This document shows positions 26,538 to 41,232 of a stretch of DNA of 64,000 nt, piece by piece. The position numbers and the translations under genes are program-made. Origin of the DNA: Trichoplax adhaerens (taxonomy: Eukaryota; Animalia; Placozoa); assembly GCF_000150275.1 (NCBI RefSeq), contig NW_002060951.1, positions 2,528,491 to 2,592,490 of the forward strand, read 5' to 3'. The notes beneath the pieces are model-generated. The model had not been told where the DNA came from. It saw only the letters and a list, made by a program, of their open reading frames with translations, and made no database searches. How positions within the stretch are numbered: position 1 is the stretch's first letter; each line of letters begins with the position of its first letter.

Positions 26538-29240
26538 ATGGCGACCTTCAGTAGCGATAATCCCATATGCGGCAAGTGGAAACTTGACCATAGTGAAAAT
26601 TTTGAAGAATACTTGAAAGCTGCAGGTTTGTCTATATGCTATATCCAGTAACCCTGCATGATGGAAAATCATTACCTTAATGAGTCAAAAGAGATTCAAT
26701 TTTTTCTCACTAAAAGGACAATATATTATCATAAATTTTACCTTTAGGACTAAGACCATGCTTTTATTGATATCGAAAGAATCAGGAAGTGTAGTCAAAA
26801 TAAAAAATTTTTCATTCGCTTTTATAATACTACTGCTGTTATAAAACCCTGCAATTATTAGAATTCATTGTCAACTTCGAATCTATGCTAAAAAGACGAT
26901 TCGATCTTCCAGTAACCCTTGAAGAAGCTGTAAATTTTTCTTTGAACGTATCAGAATTAACATTTGCTCTCTTTTAGTTAAATCGATGCTACCTTCATGC
27001 CCACTTTTCTTCCCACTAACATAGCCGTAAACATACTTTCTTAGACTTTAATTTCAGATAGAAAATTAAGTTAACGTCTAACTGTTTAAGGACCGTTAAA
27101 TATGCAAGTATATTGCGATATTTCTATAGCTTTAATTACAAAAAAAGGAAAAAATTACTTAGGAGTAAAAGAATGAAAATTCAATAATTCTATTATCGGA
27201 GTATATCTATCATAGCCTGTAATTTTTAAATTTCTCGTTTTTATGAAAAATTTTTAGTATGCTTTCGTTAAGCTTTTTCTGTAAGATTCATCAGCCTGCT
27301 TCTCAGATTTCGATGGTATTACGATCTTACGTCATATACTTTACGACGCGCTTAAACAAAGACACAAAGCTAAATTATGAATCTGTAGGCTAAATTTAAT
27401 TGATAACTATAATAGGTATATTTTCTATAAGAAAGTAGACTGTAACGTGAGCATCGATATCAATCAGTCAAATCCTATGTAGTAACGTTAAGATTACGAT
27501 ACAATTTTAGAATAGCTGTAGCTAAAGAACCAATTTAATGTCTATAGGTGTTGGCGCTATTAAGAGGCAACTAGCCAAACGGACCTCCCACATTGAGCAA
27601 ACCATTAAATGCCTAGATGGTAATAAGGTCGCTATTAAAATTTGGTCACGTGTACTTACCAAGGAAGATACTTATGTAATTGATGAAGCGATTGATGAAG
27701 AAACCTTGGAAGGCGAGAAAGTGAAGGTAAAAGTTTTTAGTACATTATAATAACGGATGATTTCGGATCTTTATATTGTAATACTTGATATGATATAATT
27801 AATGCTAATGTTATTGGTAAAGTATCTACATTTCTATTTTAATGAGTGTATGACATACCTATAAAGATTTAATTAATTAATAGCAATTACTATTTAGAGA
27901 TTTTTTTATATTTATCCATTATATCTCTACTATAAATGTATGCTAAGCCCAATATTCGAACAAATTTCGATCGTGGGAGGCTGTTCTATCTTCATACGTA
28001 ATGCCAATCGGAAATATATATCGCATTTCAACAAGTTAAATTATATAATTACTGGAGATTAAAACAATTTCTAGTTTCTCAATAATACCATTTGTTACGG
28101 TTTTCAAATGCACTACGGCATTTTTACAACAGTATCTGAATCATTCGAGTTACTATTCATGATCATTAGAAAGTACTCGGTGTATAATACCATTAAAATT
28201 ATTAAGTGTAACGAGATGCTCCTAGACCATACTTTTAACAGTGCAGCATTCATCTCCTTCTTTAATACGTGATATACTCTAAATTTTAAGCATTAGGAAT
28301 ATTATATTATTTCTGATTAAAGTTTGTTTGCGGAACTTTTTTGTTAATTAGCTTGTATTAAGACAAACCACTCCAATGCATAATTTATTTCTGTTAATAA
28401 CGCATAGATTATTTAGTAGCATAAGTATGTACAAATACACATTTACTAATGTGCTATTCCAGTACTAGACTATGCGAGTGTTACTACATTGTAAGACAAT
28501 TTGAGAGTTCTTCGAAGTATCGTAACTGCATAATTCGATATCGGTCTATTCTATTACTCTGCAATTTAAACTGACTTAAAATGATAATAACTGTACACGA
28601 TGTTATGTCATTAATACCAAATACGATATCCTTTGTGAATGCTTAAGTATATGCATATCTGTTCATACAAGAATAATAAAATATACCACATTCATCTCTA
28701 TTTGTAAGATTAGATGGAATTGATGCACCTTAAAATTTCTAAAGTGGTACTAGCTGACTTTAGAAATCATGTATTATAATATTTGAAAGTTAACATAAAT
28801 TGGTCCATAAAGGGCTTCCTATAAGCATTTGTAAACTGTATTTCGAAGGCGTCTTCAATGATCGCTAAAGTCTTTATTAAGTTCCGAAAGAATAAGAGTA
28901 ATTTTCTAATTTGCTAGGGTACTATGACATTTGATGGAACCAAATTGACCAACACTATGGCGGGAACTAAAAAGAGCCCAGCTTATACTATCAGATACAT
29001 AGAGGGAGACAACCTCGTACATGTGAGTAGCTCTGTGATAAGCATTCCATATTCAATGACACTAGCTTAAAGTTTAGAAAGCTATTCCAGGCGTTTTAAA
29101 ATAATTTGTGACATTTAACCTATTCATATTCGAAGAAAATATCGAAAATGTTTCATTTATTTATTCTGTTATACTTAATTCATTAGGAATTTCATTATTC
29201 CGGTACAACCTGCAAACGTTTTTACAACAGAATGGAATAA
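26538..29240 (+). CDS. FABP/iLBP paralogue 3
   Basis: Exons start at 26538, 27548, 28918 and 29187. GKWKLDHSENFEEYLKAAGV...TCKRFYNRME*. Confidence 0.92.
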
Positions 29241-32200
29241 AGTATTTTATACAGCTTTAACAATATCTTGATTCCACGAATTACATAATTGTAGTTTTAA
29301 AAAATTAGGAAAGTAGTAAGTAGGTAGGACTACTAATATTTATTGAGGATAGAACCTTGATGAGTGAAGTTCTTAGTAAAGTTTATGTCATTTCGAGGTT
29401 TCTATCCTCTTTAGCCTTGATATTGTTATTTATTTAACTGTTGCTGTTAGTGTGTGCTACTGATGTTGTGATTATTGTTGTGGTCTGGATAGTAGAGGAT
29501 TTACTATCATTAAAGTCTAACCTTAAACTTTCTTATTTCGATCTTCTGCTTTATCTATTATGGACTTCACTAGTATTTTTATTCATTGTCGTTGCAATGC
29601 TATTCATTCTTAATCCCAGCTTCGAATAGCCTTTTCTATTGGTATTGCGAGTGTTTTAATTAATTTTGGTATGGTATATCTTATATTAGCTTCGAGTGAT
29701 TGAACAGCAACTTTGTTAGGAGTAGAATAATACTAAATCGGTTTAAAAGACGAATAAACTATATTATCACCAAATTTCTTATACTGTTTTTAGCAATTCA
29801 TAATTCGTAATTAGTTTGAACATTTAATAGATGATCATTATTTTAAATACTAATCGATACTATACCCAATTATTGAAAATATCATTTACTAAAATATGCG
29901 TCAATTAATATCTCAAAACTTTTAAAGTTTGAGAATAAGACCGTACTATAAGTAGACTGGTAGATTGATTATCGGCATGAAAGGAACCATGAGTAGTATG
30001 AATTGTTATAGACATAAAATGTGATAACGTCGTCCTTAATTGCATAGGTGACAAATATGAAGCACATATCCTAGAGAAATCCTATCAAATTATAGATTTA
30101 TTATCAATAAACTGTAATAGATTTTTCATCTAAATCATTCTTCTTCTTAAAGATTCAATATGCGTGCTGCGCATATGATTATCTTCATTATGAACTGGTT
30201 CAATATAAATACGCGTATCAAGTATAATTTATACAGTGCGTTTGCGCTTTCGTTTCTTAATTGACAGCTATTGAAGGCGCACTTCATCACTAATATCACG
30301 TTAAAGGCATCATCCAATCTAAGAAAAGTCTTGCTGTTACATTACTGAGCTAGGGACATACGCATGCTATAACCTAGGACTTCAAGAAAGTCATGAATGT
30401 CAATTATACATTTGATAATAAAATACGGAGAAATCTATGTACTGAAATTTCTGTATTACCCATTGGTATATAGTACAACATTTTAGTTCATGTAAATTGC
30501 CCAATGTTAAATTTAAAGAAGTGAGTGAATAGCAAAGCTGGTACGTAAATCCTTAAATTACTTTTAAGTAACTGTAATGATGCTTATTTTTGTAGTATCC
30601 AGTACAATGGAGATGTTTTAGCACCATCAGATGCTAATTTAATAAAATTAGTATTTTTAAAACGTAAATGTTGCATTCACGCGTTTAATTGCTAAATGAA
30701 CTCATTAAATTATCGCTAATCTTTTGATTACGCACAATCACAGTTGCATGTAACTGTATTATATGTACCTATTACTTTCTAATAAGCTCAAAGTAGTCCG
30801 GTATAAATATAAAAGAACGAAAAACTTAAATTTTATAATAAATGGATTATAATCTTAGGTATTCATACATTATTCTGGATTCCTATCGTTGAACCGTTTA
30901 TTTCAATTAAATCCCTAAGGTCTGACGTATGGAATAAATTCAAACTTGCAGTAGTCTTTGCTAAAAGGGACTGCTCAGTTAGTGTTTTATCAATATTTTG
31001 CTAAGAACTGAGATTAGCGGTACCGATAGATTAATTGCGGGATGTTTCTTTAACGAAGAGTATTTTTGATAGCGAACATATGTACTACATTTTCTATACA
31101 TTAAAGATTCAGTTTCAGAAGAGATAACACCCTAAATTGTGATAGCAGCAAAACTTGAGTATAAATACTAATAATGTAGTACATACCAACGATAGAGTAA
31201 TAGTGAATTGCAACAGTAAGTATATCTTTCTGAAAGAGTTAATCGATAGCAGTGATTGGTGCATCGTGCTATAGTTTAAACTTACTGTGTGTATAAAAAT
31301 AGATATTCGCATGCTATAGCTCGAGGATAAATAAGGCGAGTTGTAAGAATTGCACAAATCCGTAAGATAACCTTTTATGGGATATATACTGGTAAGATCA
31401 GCTCGAATGCCACTACCCCTCCGTTCTGGATGGTAGGACTTATAAACTCTATAAACGCCATAGCAAGCTTATACGAATTAAAGCAGTCACAGCGGAATCA
31501 ATAACGAATATACGACCCTTAATATTGGTTAACTAACTCGTTCAGCCGTGAAAAGTATTAAAAACTTTGATTGCAAATGTAAATTGGATAATCTAGGAGT
31601 TTTCGCATCCAATACTATTACGTTTAATATTTTAATAAGAGGATAAAATAATACTACGAGAAAATATTTTATTCCTAACTTCACCCAGGCGTAGAACAAA
31701 GCATATGTGTACTATAAATTTCCTAGCATGTTCTAAAGAAGAATATTTTCAACATGGTAAATTGATGATAGAGCGCCCCGGGGTAGCTTTCAATATATGT
31801 TAATGTAAAGCAATTGATTGGCTATTGATGTTTTATCTCTGCCCTTCAGTCGATGACGGTTATAAGTATTGTGAATTGCATATTCAGTACAGTACGTTTG
31901 TATCCAAGCTCTACAGAGTTAAGTTATAATTTATTAAATATATCGATTAATATTATACGGCTATATAGATTTTAAATCATTTACTTATATTACCTCGAGG
32001 TTCAGTTAGTGATTAGCGTAGAGTGAATTATTTTACAGCCTGACAAAATGAATTATCCTCATATTAATTATTGATTAACTTAGCAATAAACATATTGCAT
32101 TTTTGTGATACGGGAATAGTAAAATCAATAAAAACAATTAATCCCTAATATCTTGGGTGGTTCCTACCAGAAATTCTGTCGATAATATTCTACATATGAT

Positions 32201-32746
32201 TAATATGCGTAGATGGTTCCTCTATGATTTGTTCGGTTCTTATTATTTTTAATTAAATTATTAAAATCTAGTTTGCATTTATGTATAGTCTACTATTATT
32301 AAAATTGCATCGCTCATATGCGTTGAAGATATATTACGCAATAAAACTTACAGAATTGGCTATAGCCAATGCTATTGAACGCACCAGCATTTCTTTCAGT
32401 AACTGTTACCAGAAACTACATTTCATCTGATATAGGACGGGCCTTTACTAAGAATTACTCAGCGGGCCACCGTAAATATCATTATAAGAATTATATAGCA
32501 GTCTTAGAATTGCTAAATACAGTAATTGTTATCTATTGATTGATTTAAGCAATTAAGAAAGCCCTGACAGATAAAACGTAGCAAGTATTTATAAACGTAC
32601 TTAATTTCATAATTTCGTATCATAAAAAGAACTGACTTAAAAATTTCCTTGTCATATGCTAGATTGCAGTAGTAACGTGGACATAGCTTCGTTCCTATTC
32701 TGGTTTGACCTGCACGTGTTCAAAGCAAAGTTTTTATAACATCAGT

Positions 32747-34747
32747 ATGGCAGAATTTAACTCTGAAAATCCTTTAGTTGGCAAATGGCGCCTTGATCGA
32801 ACTGAAAATTTCGATGATTATTTGAAGGCCACAGGTAAATACGGAGATATAGCGTTCAAACTTTTGTAACTACTAATCTCAACAAAAGTCAAGTTGAGAG
32901 GGAATTGATGACCCAATCTTGTAGACTCACATACGGCGAGAATTTTTACTAGATTTTCATACGGTTTTAATCGGGCCTGTGGCATTACAGATAAAATCTA
33001 CCTGGAGGATTTCTCCTTTACTTCCATTTTAGAAAAACTAATATTTCAAACGATTTGATTTCTTCATATATCACCGCAATGTTACGAATTTTACAAATTG
33101 CACTACATGTAGAAGCTACTTCACGTACCTCAACTGATTAGACAATTAATACAAAATACCCAAATCGATAGTTAAAGTTTGTTGTATGGCATTTACATGC
33201 GATTCTTTCTTATGATGACAATTGTTAGCATGAAATCGTGGATGACAGATAACCCTATGACTGCTATGTTGAAAACATAACTTGAAAAACTTCATTATTT
33301 CTCAATATTATTTTATGACATTGATCAACTTTACTACAATACTTGAGATTTAAGCTTTTAACAGCATGACCGTTTAGCTGCACGATGCGAGTGCACTGAA
33401 TAGTAAAGAGGGACAAGCCGATACAATAAATGTTGCTGCTATTCAAAATTGACCATTTAGAAATTTCAATATCATTAAATTGTACATTACAATATAATAT
33501 GATATAGCTGCTACTTGTATGCATACGAAAATTGACGTAATATGCGGTAATTTGTAAGTATATTGCCGTAATAAAGCATCAACACGTGTTTGGATCTGCT
33601 GATCTTCCATTAATATTACAATAAAAAAACTACTTATCAATTTCTATTTCAAATGCATTTGTTCGATTTGAATTCTTAAAAATTACAAACTAATTTATAA
33701 AGCTAAAATAATTTATTTTATCCGGCAAATAATCTATGCACTTCCTGATTGAAAACTTTTTAGGTATAAATATAATTAAGCGCCAATTAGCCAAGAAAAC
33801 CAGTCACGTTGAACAGACCATACAATGTCAGGAATCTAATAAGGTCTATATCAAAATTTGGTCTCGAGTTCTGACTAAGACAGATACATATATTTTGGGA
33901 GAAGAAATTGATGAAGAGCTTTTAGAAGGAGAGAAAGTCAAGGTTAGAGCTAATATCTGAAATGTACGCAACTACTTAAAATCGCAATGCACAAAGTTAC
34001 GTGGCGTGAATTGTTTTACTGTTAAGATGAGCAGATGGCTCTTTGATGACGTATGCTCATTAGTTGCTACACTACGCTAGATATGGAAGTGAAGATATTA
34101 CGACAGCATTATGAAGTTAATTGTATCGAATGTTCCTACTTCGATACTTAATGCAATTTTTCCTATCATTAACGGAAGAATAATAACTTTTAACGGAGCG
34201 TGCAACATTTAAGTTGTGCTGCTGGTATTATCTTCTAGAATGCCATTTCCCAAACATTGTTTATAATGTAATCATATCACAGGCTCCTATTTATTAGCAG
34301 ATTATATTAAACTTTACATTAATGATACCTACGAATATAATGGTACACATCTATTTCATAGATTGTTAGGGAAAATCAGTTTTCTCATTAAGCATAAAAT
34401 CAAATAAAATCTTTATGTTATGATAATTTTAATGTACTGGACGATAGGGAACCATGACATACGAAGATGGCAAGCTGTTGGACAGCATTAAAGGGTCTAA
34501 GAAACCATGTTTTAATAGCAGAGTTATGGAAGGCTCTCAAATGGTTCATGTAAGATGTTATTATATTGATTTTTTCAATCGTATTTCATGATTATAATAT
34601 TTAAATTTGCCATGAAATTAAATTTCAGTTCTTAGCTGATACCGAACGTTCTAGGCATTTAGTAATATTTAATAAGCTTTTTATCTTGCGTAGGAATTTA
34701 CATACGATGGCGTTTCCTGTAAGCGTTTCTATAACAAAACAGAATAA
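32747..34747 (+). CDS. FABP/iLBP paralogue 4 (closest to paralogue 3)
   Basis: Exons start at 32747, 33764, 34448 and 34694. GKWRLDRTENFDDYLKATGI...SCKRFYNKTE*. Confidence 0.92.
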
Positions 34748-36287
34748 GAACATAATCGTGAAAGTACCATAGAGAACGTTCCGTATTTCATTCATCGACT
34801 AGCTTCAATCGGTTTATGACAATCATGAACATAAATTTTAATTAATTGCACTTGCTCATATTAGATTACAGATTTTGGACACGTTGGTAGCTCTTAATAT
34901 ATTATTAGTCGTATTCTGAATTAATTCCTATAGAGACCGGGAGCAAACATCGTTGATAAATTTTTACGCATAAAGATTGGATACTTCTATAATGTTTGAT
35001 TAAATACAATAAAGCATCATTATTAATTGATATAAACACTCCGTCAATTCGATCGTTTATTAGTTGGCTACTTTATTGTAAACGTCAAATTAAAGAATTT
35101 AATAGCAGTAATAGTAATAAGCCGCTAACGAGCAATACAATATAACTTGCATGTTAGAAGACTTATTTTATTTCCTATACTGAAGTTTTTAGAATGATCT
35201 TTTATGGTTCATATATGGTTACAATTTTTTGATTGTAAAAATGTCTAAATCATCAAAAAATAGCTCTATCTGAAAAAACGATAATTTACTTCTAAAATTT
35301 AAAATCTAGTAATACTATAATGATATCTGTTCTATAGGTTGATAGCCATACGAGTGAATTATAATTGGTACTCTATAAATACTGTGTACTTGGAAAATTA
35401 AATGCATGAAAAGTACCGTACATAATGTATAGCTCGCAAGATATTGATAAATTGAGAACATTTTATAGGACAGGTTTGTAAACACTGCTTATTTACTAAT
35501 ATTTATTGAGATTATTCTATAATAGTTTCATTCAATATTAATAAATTTATTCGCGATACACTCGGGTACCGTACTTGAATAAAATATTCTCGGTATATTC
35601 CTATAGCTGATTTAATTAATTCTTTACTGACCAAACATTAGTAGCTTTATTCTTGCAAAAGTAGCAAAAATTCTGATCTTTATAAATTTATTATAAACCC
35701 TTTGCTGTTATCATAATTTAAATTTTGATCAGCACACATTAATTATTTATGTATTACTCTAATAAATGTAAACATCTTCAATGCTATAATTGCTGAGAAA
35801 TAATAGTGTATTCATTTCTGTTTTCAAATAGCGATCAAAGATTTAAATATAATTGTCTTGTTATTATTGTTCGACCTTTTTACTTAAGGTAAATAATAAT
35901 GATGTTTTATCACAAATAAATAAGTCACTTGAAGAAAATTGAATTATTGTAGCTTTAGATTATAATAATATTTATCACTCAATCATGGATATCCTACTAA
36001 TCCAAAAATTGTTAGTAACAACAAATTAAGCATAGAAGGGTTTCTTATGTTTATCCTTAGATTTTATACTAACAGTGTGCTACGACAAATTAATTATCTA
36101 TCGATTATCATGAATATTTAGCGAGCTATACCGAACCTTCAAACTTATTAATCCATTTGAATTTAATCAATTTATCTATATCGGTAATATATTGATACTA
36201 AAGATAAAGCGAAAATTTCATGTGATTATAATAGTAATATTGATTAATTCAGTTTGCAAATCGTATTTAGTTTCAATTTAATGCGGT

Positions 36288-38860
36288 TTAATCTTCCTGA
36301 TCTTCTTTTTCTTCATTTGCATCATGTTCTGATGCTGGAGCATCAGCACTTCCGGGCTTCGGCGGAATAACTTTTTCAAATGGAGGAGCTTCGCCCACTT
36401 TCTTGTAATATCGTTTGCAAACAATATCACAGATTGTTAATGTCTATAACAGTGAAATACATAACCATCATCTCGTTAAAATTTTTACCATCATCATAAT
36501 TAAGACCTTCAATTTTTTAGGTTACTAGTATGTTGATAATATCGAATAAAGTAGTCTTAACGTTAATTAGATCCTTATTATCTTAGTTTCTGTAAAATTG
36601 AAGTATGCTGTATGAATCAAGGTAAGATCTATAACTCCGGAATTTGAGATGGATAAATACATCTGTGATTGAAATTATGTTCACTGTTACATAGAGCTGA
36701 GTTTTATACCTCAATAACATATTTCTATATTTTCCTACCGGTGACAAAGTGACAAGTGTCTGATATGTTGCTATATCGAAGTCAATGATAGTACATAGGC
36801 TACTGCTTTACGCTAAGCATGCCATACAGGAACGTATAACCTACACTTTACAATCGGTAGCTGCTTATACAAATTTGCTAACACGGTTGTCCGTATTAAA
36901 AGTTTATCAAGCGGTAGGACGTTTACTTCGATAGATATCTAGATACTGTCGTAGTTTTTATTACTGAAGCTTACACAATAAAGTTATTTGACAGTACTTC
37001 ATGAAAAATACCTGTTTGCAATAACAGTCTATCTATAATGAGCTACACTATTGTTATTTAGGCTAAGTTATAAGTACGCAGCGCTTCATTCTCACTATTA
37101 TAGTTCATTATTAACTATATTTACTTATCATTGAAATAAAAGTTTAAAATCTTTAATGCACTGAGAGGATAAAATATCGACCCTTCATTGGGCATTATAA
37201 ATGTTATCTAAGACTATCAGTACTATATTTAGTATTGCCTATAATACAGATATCGGTCACCGATATCAATATACAGAACAATTTCAACGTAAAGTATAGT
37301 GCATAATTATAATATATCCTGGGACTATAAAGAGAATTGAAATATGTAACTCTTATTTTCGGATAATTTAATCACTAGATTTCGACTACTTACATGGACC
37401 ATTTCCGAACCTTCTACTACCCTCTCAGTTTTTAGAATACCATGCTTGCTACCATTAGACGTGGACGTTAAAGTTTGTTCGTCATCGCCTTCAAAGGTAT
37501 AAGTTGTCTTGAAATAGATGTAACGAAATGTATTAAATATTTCCATCCGAGCTAATAGACGGTAACGTTATAAGTTAGAATAAGCCATCTAAGTTGGGTT
37601 ATATAGTATATTAACAGTGAATATGTCTAAACTTGACGGCATGGTAAGTTCAAAAATGTAACATCTAGTCAAGACTTTACCAAATAGAAGGTTAATATAT
37701 TATTACAAAGATACAGATTTTAATATGCGATAAATAGAAACGTTTTTTATATTCTAGATACTTCTTTATCTCATTAGTAATCATACTTACTAACGTAACC
37801 ATTTCATTATTGGTAATAAAAAGTGTAAATATGGAAGTTACATCGATATAAGTATATTGCTATAAGCTTAGGGTAGATTCTTTTATCAGTTTAAAAATTA
37901 ATTAAATAACGTCCATTTTTGTAGCAAGAAACCAATAGAATTTTACAACATTGTACTGACAAAATAATTTAGCATAGAATTTTTTCTAACTCTGTGATTT
38001 AGTTAGACTAGTGTTAAATACTAGTCGACTCTCGCTCGTAATACTTCATGTACTATACTTTTACTTTTTACTTTAAAATTTATCACAGTCACTTCACACT
38101 AAGTTAGGATCAATACAGTATAATTTGGTCGGCTTTCAGTTAGTGCTGCCAAGCCATTAGACTCAATACACGAAACCGGTGCGAATAGCCTTTTTCAAAT
38201 ACATGCTAGCATTATCAATTTACCTTCACTACTTCACCCTTAACGGTTTTCTCTGTAAGCTCTTCACCAAGTTCAAATTCAGCTAGATTGACGAATAAAC
38301 CATTTGTTGTTCTGATTGCCATTTTGTTACCTAACTTAACAATAATCTGAGTTGGCTTATATTTTTTTCTCCATGCTCTCCCTACTTTTCCAATACCTAA
38401 ATAAGAATGGTAAGAATTTTAGTGTTAGCTTGCTAATCTTATGCAAAGATATTTCTTCCTTTATTTTGAAACTTTTACTGAAGATGAATTCTAAGAACTA
38501 ATTCAAAGTGAAGGGATGAAATTTTGTCAATGTTATTCAGAATTGCATGGTATATTACTTTAATTTCAGTTAGGAAATTTATTTAATTAATATTCCTAGT
38601 ATTATACTCATAAATTAATTTTTACTGGGTCATCTTTGAAAATCTATTAACATTTTAAAGAGAATCTGGAACTATCTATCAGGAAATCAGAGTTTTCTAA
38701 AACAGCGATTAAATTGTATCGATAATTAATTAAACATGGCTAATATAGTAAATTAAAGACCATCCATTAACATCATTTTACCTATTTGGGTCATGTAGTT
38801 CTCAAAGTTTTCATCGCTTCGTACTAGCTTCCACTTTCCGATGACGTTCTTTTCTGCCAT
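36288..38860 (-). CDS. FABP/iLBP paralogue 5, inverted, with a C-terminal extension
   Basis: Exons about 38860-38782, 38396-38224, 37508-37393, 36443-36288. GKWKLVRSDENFENYMTQIGI...VCKRYYKK followed by a Pro-rich/acidic tail. Confidence 0.9.
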
Positions 38861-41232
38861 ACCTACAAATCAGTTCATGTTTTTCGATAACAGGTTCAGG
38901 TATGTATTAAAAAAGCAGCTTACAGAGAAAATATTAATAAATTCTTTACTTACTAGTTTTTATTATCTTTTAATTAAAAGATGAAAAAAATCGCTATAAG
39001 AGAAATGCTTAATTAATTAAAGGAATTTCTTCTAGTATCGTTATGTACTGTAAGCCAATTTGATGTAAAGAGATTTTTATACTGCTAAGCAAATTTGGGC
39101 AGTTGTCACGCTGATTGCCAACATATGGTGATGAAAAAACTGTGCAATTAATGAATACTGATAGTTCACCAATAAAAAGTCATTTCCACTTGGTGGTATG
39201 TGCAAATAAAATAAAATCTCCTACTGAAATCATGCGAATTGGAGAAGAATTAGTAAGGTCAAATAATGTCATAATGAGCTTTTGCACTCTTCCTTATGAG
39301 ATAGCCGGCCCATATGTTCCAATAGTAGTAGAAATTATTATGCGGTTACATCACGGACTACTTTCGAACTATTTCATTGCTATAATACAGTATAGGATCG
39401 TTAATTAATTCTATTACTAAGGAAGAAATGTTAGTTATGACGTAAAAAGAAACATATTGCCAATGGCCATGATTTTTTATCACATGGCATTCCAGTCACT
39501 ACAATAAACAATCTAACTGATAACTGAGAGTTTAGTGATAAAGTTAATCTTTCGTTCACGTTTTAAAGGTTACTGTTATTTGTTGGTTCAAATATTCCCA
39601 TCTAAACAATAAGTGATATATATGAAGGAGTATTACCGGTACGCATTGTGCTATATTAATAAAATGGTCGCATGATAGTTGCTTGAGACCAGTATTTATG
39701 AGACAGTGCAGTAAAAAAGAAAAAAGTAAACCGGTTATAAATTAATTTCTTACTGGTATTTACAGCTAAAAATTGATGAGCGATCTTCAGCTCATCAGTA
39801 AAGTAATAAGAATTAAAGAATACCTAATCGATATTTTCATTATTAGTGATGTTATGCGAACATATTTACAGTGTTATAAATTTTTTTAGAATCTTCTGCA
39901 TTTTTGATCCTATATGGTAATCCATGAGAACTAAGCTCTAAAATATTTTTAGATATGATTAAGTCTGTACATTACTATCGATTCGGTATATGACTTTTAG
40001 AGCAAAATTATTATATACCATTACATAAAACCTTTCCGGTAGAAAAATAATCGCTTAATTAATTTTTTATAATTTAATCCATTATTTTGTTCTACCATTG
40101 GGAAACTTTGAATAACGTATAGCCAACTTAGTACAGTCTTAGGATACTGTATACGAGGGAACATTCTCTAAACGTTTCATCAACCTTTAAGTGAAATTCA
40201 TCATAGTGCAGTAAGTAATTTAATGGTGGCTGTACTAAAGTGAATTGTGATTGCTAATGTGCTTTATTGGTATAACATTATATTGTTATAATGTACAATA
40301 ATATCACCGCGATATTTTATGGAATTGCATTATGAATAAACTATTTAAACCGTTCCATTCTACAATAATTCTGATCTTATCAGTTTAGTTATGCCATATA
40401 ATTGGACAACAAAACTACTCAATTTGCTTTACTTAGTTGCTTCTCTCTCAAACAAATCTACAATAACAATAATGGCATGAAAAAATGAGGTGCCTATGAA
40501 ACTACATATATTTGACAAGAAACAGCAAATATGTTATAGGTATCCACTTTTATAAGCGGATTTCGACGACATCTGAATTAAGCAAATTCAAGAAATATTT
40601 TGATCATAACCCTAACAAAATTGTTCTCAGGAAAAACAGCGTAGATGTAGACTGGTTGTCCTATCGTAAATACTTATAGATATTGCGTTAAAGACGCCGT
40701 TCACGATTATGAATAGTGGAAACTTCTTAATTTTATCCCTGAACTCAACCCCGACTCCAAAGCCTTGATCTAAGTAAAATCCTTAGTTACCAAATCTATG
40801 TTCGAATCTCTTAGCCTACATTTTTAAAACTTGAACATTAGGCAGATAACAGTTGAGATTATATAAACATCATTTAAATTATAGTCTTAAAAATCATTCA
40901 TGGTGATCCACCATAATATATCGTAAATTCACACATTTTGCATGAATTTTAGGCTTATATTAAAATATAATTGACATAGGATCTATGAAATAAGGACTTG
41001 ATTTAATATCAAGTCTTATAATGATAATTATAATACAACATTTAAATATAAGTTCGAAAACAGTACCAATTTGAAGTCATATTCGCACGTTTTGCCTCCT
41101 TAAATTATTTAGAATTTATTAGTTTGATGAATATCACTTATAAATCGGAGCATAAAACTATCACATTCGATAATAGCAAAAATATCTATTATTTCTTAAC
41201 GTGAAAGTTGCATTATAAGCAACACCTGGATA

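Noticed and set aside
39115-39408. 97-aa ORF upstream of FABP5
   Set aside because: Non-ATG start, no recognisable motif and no supported splice context.
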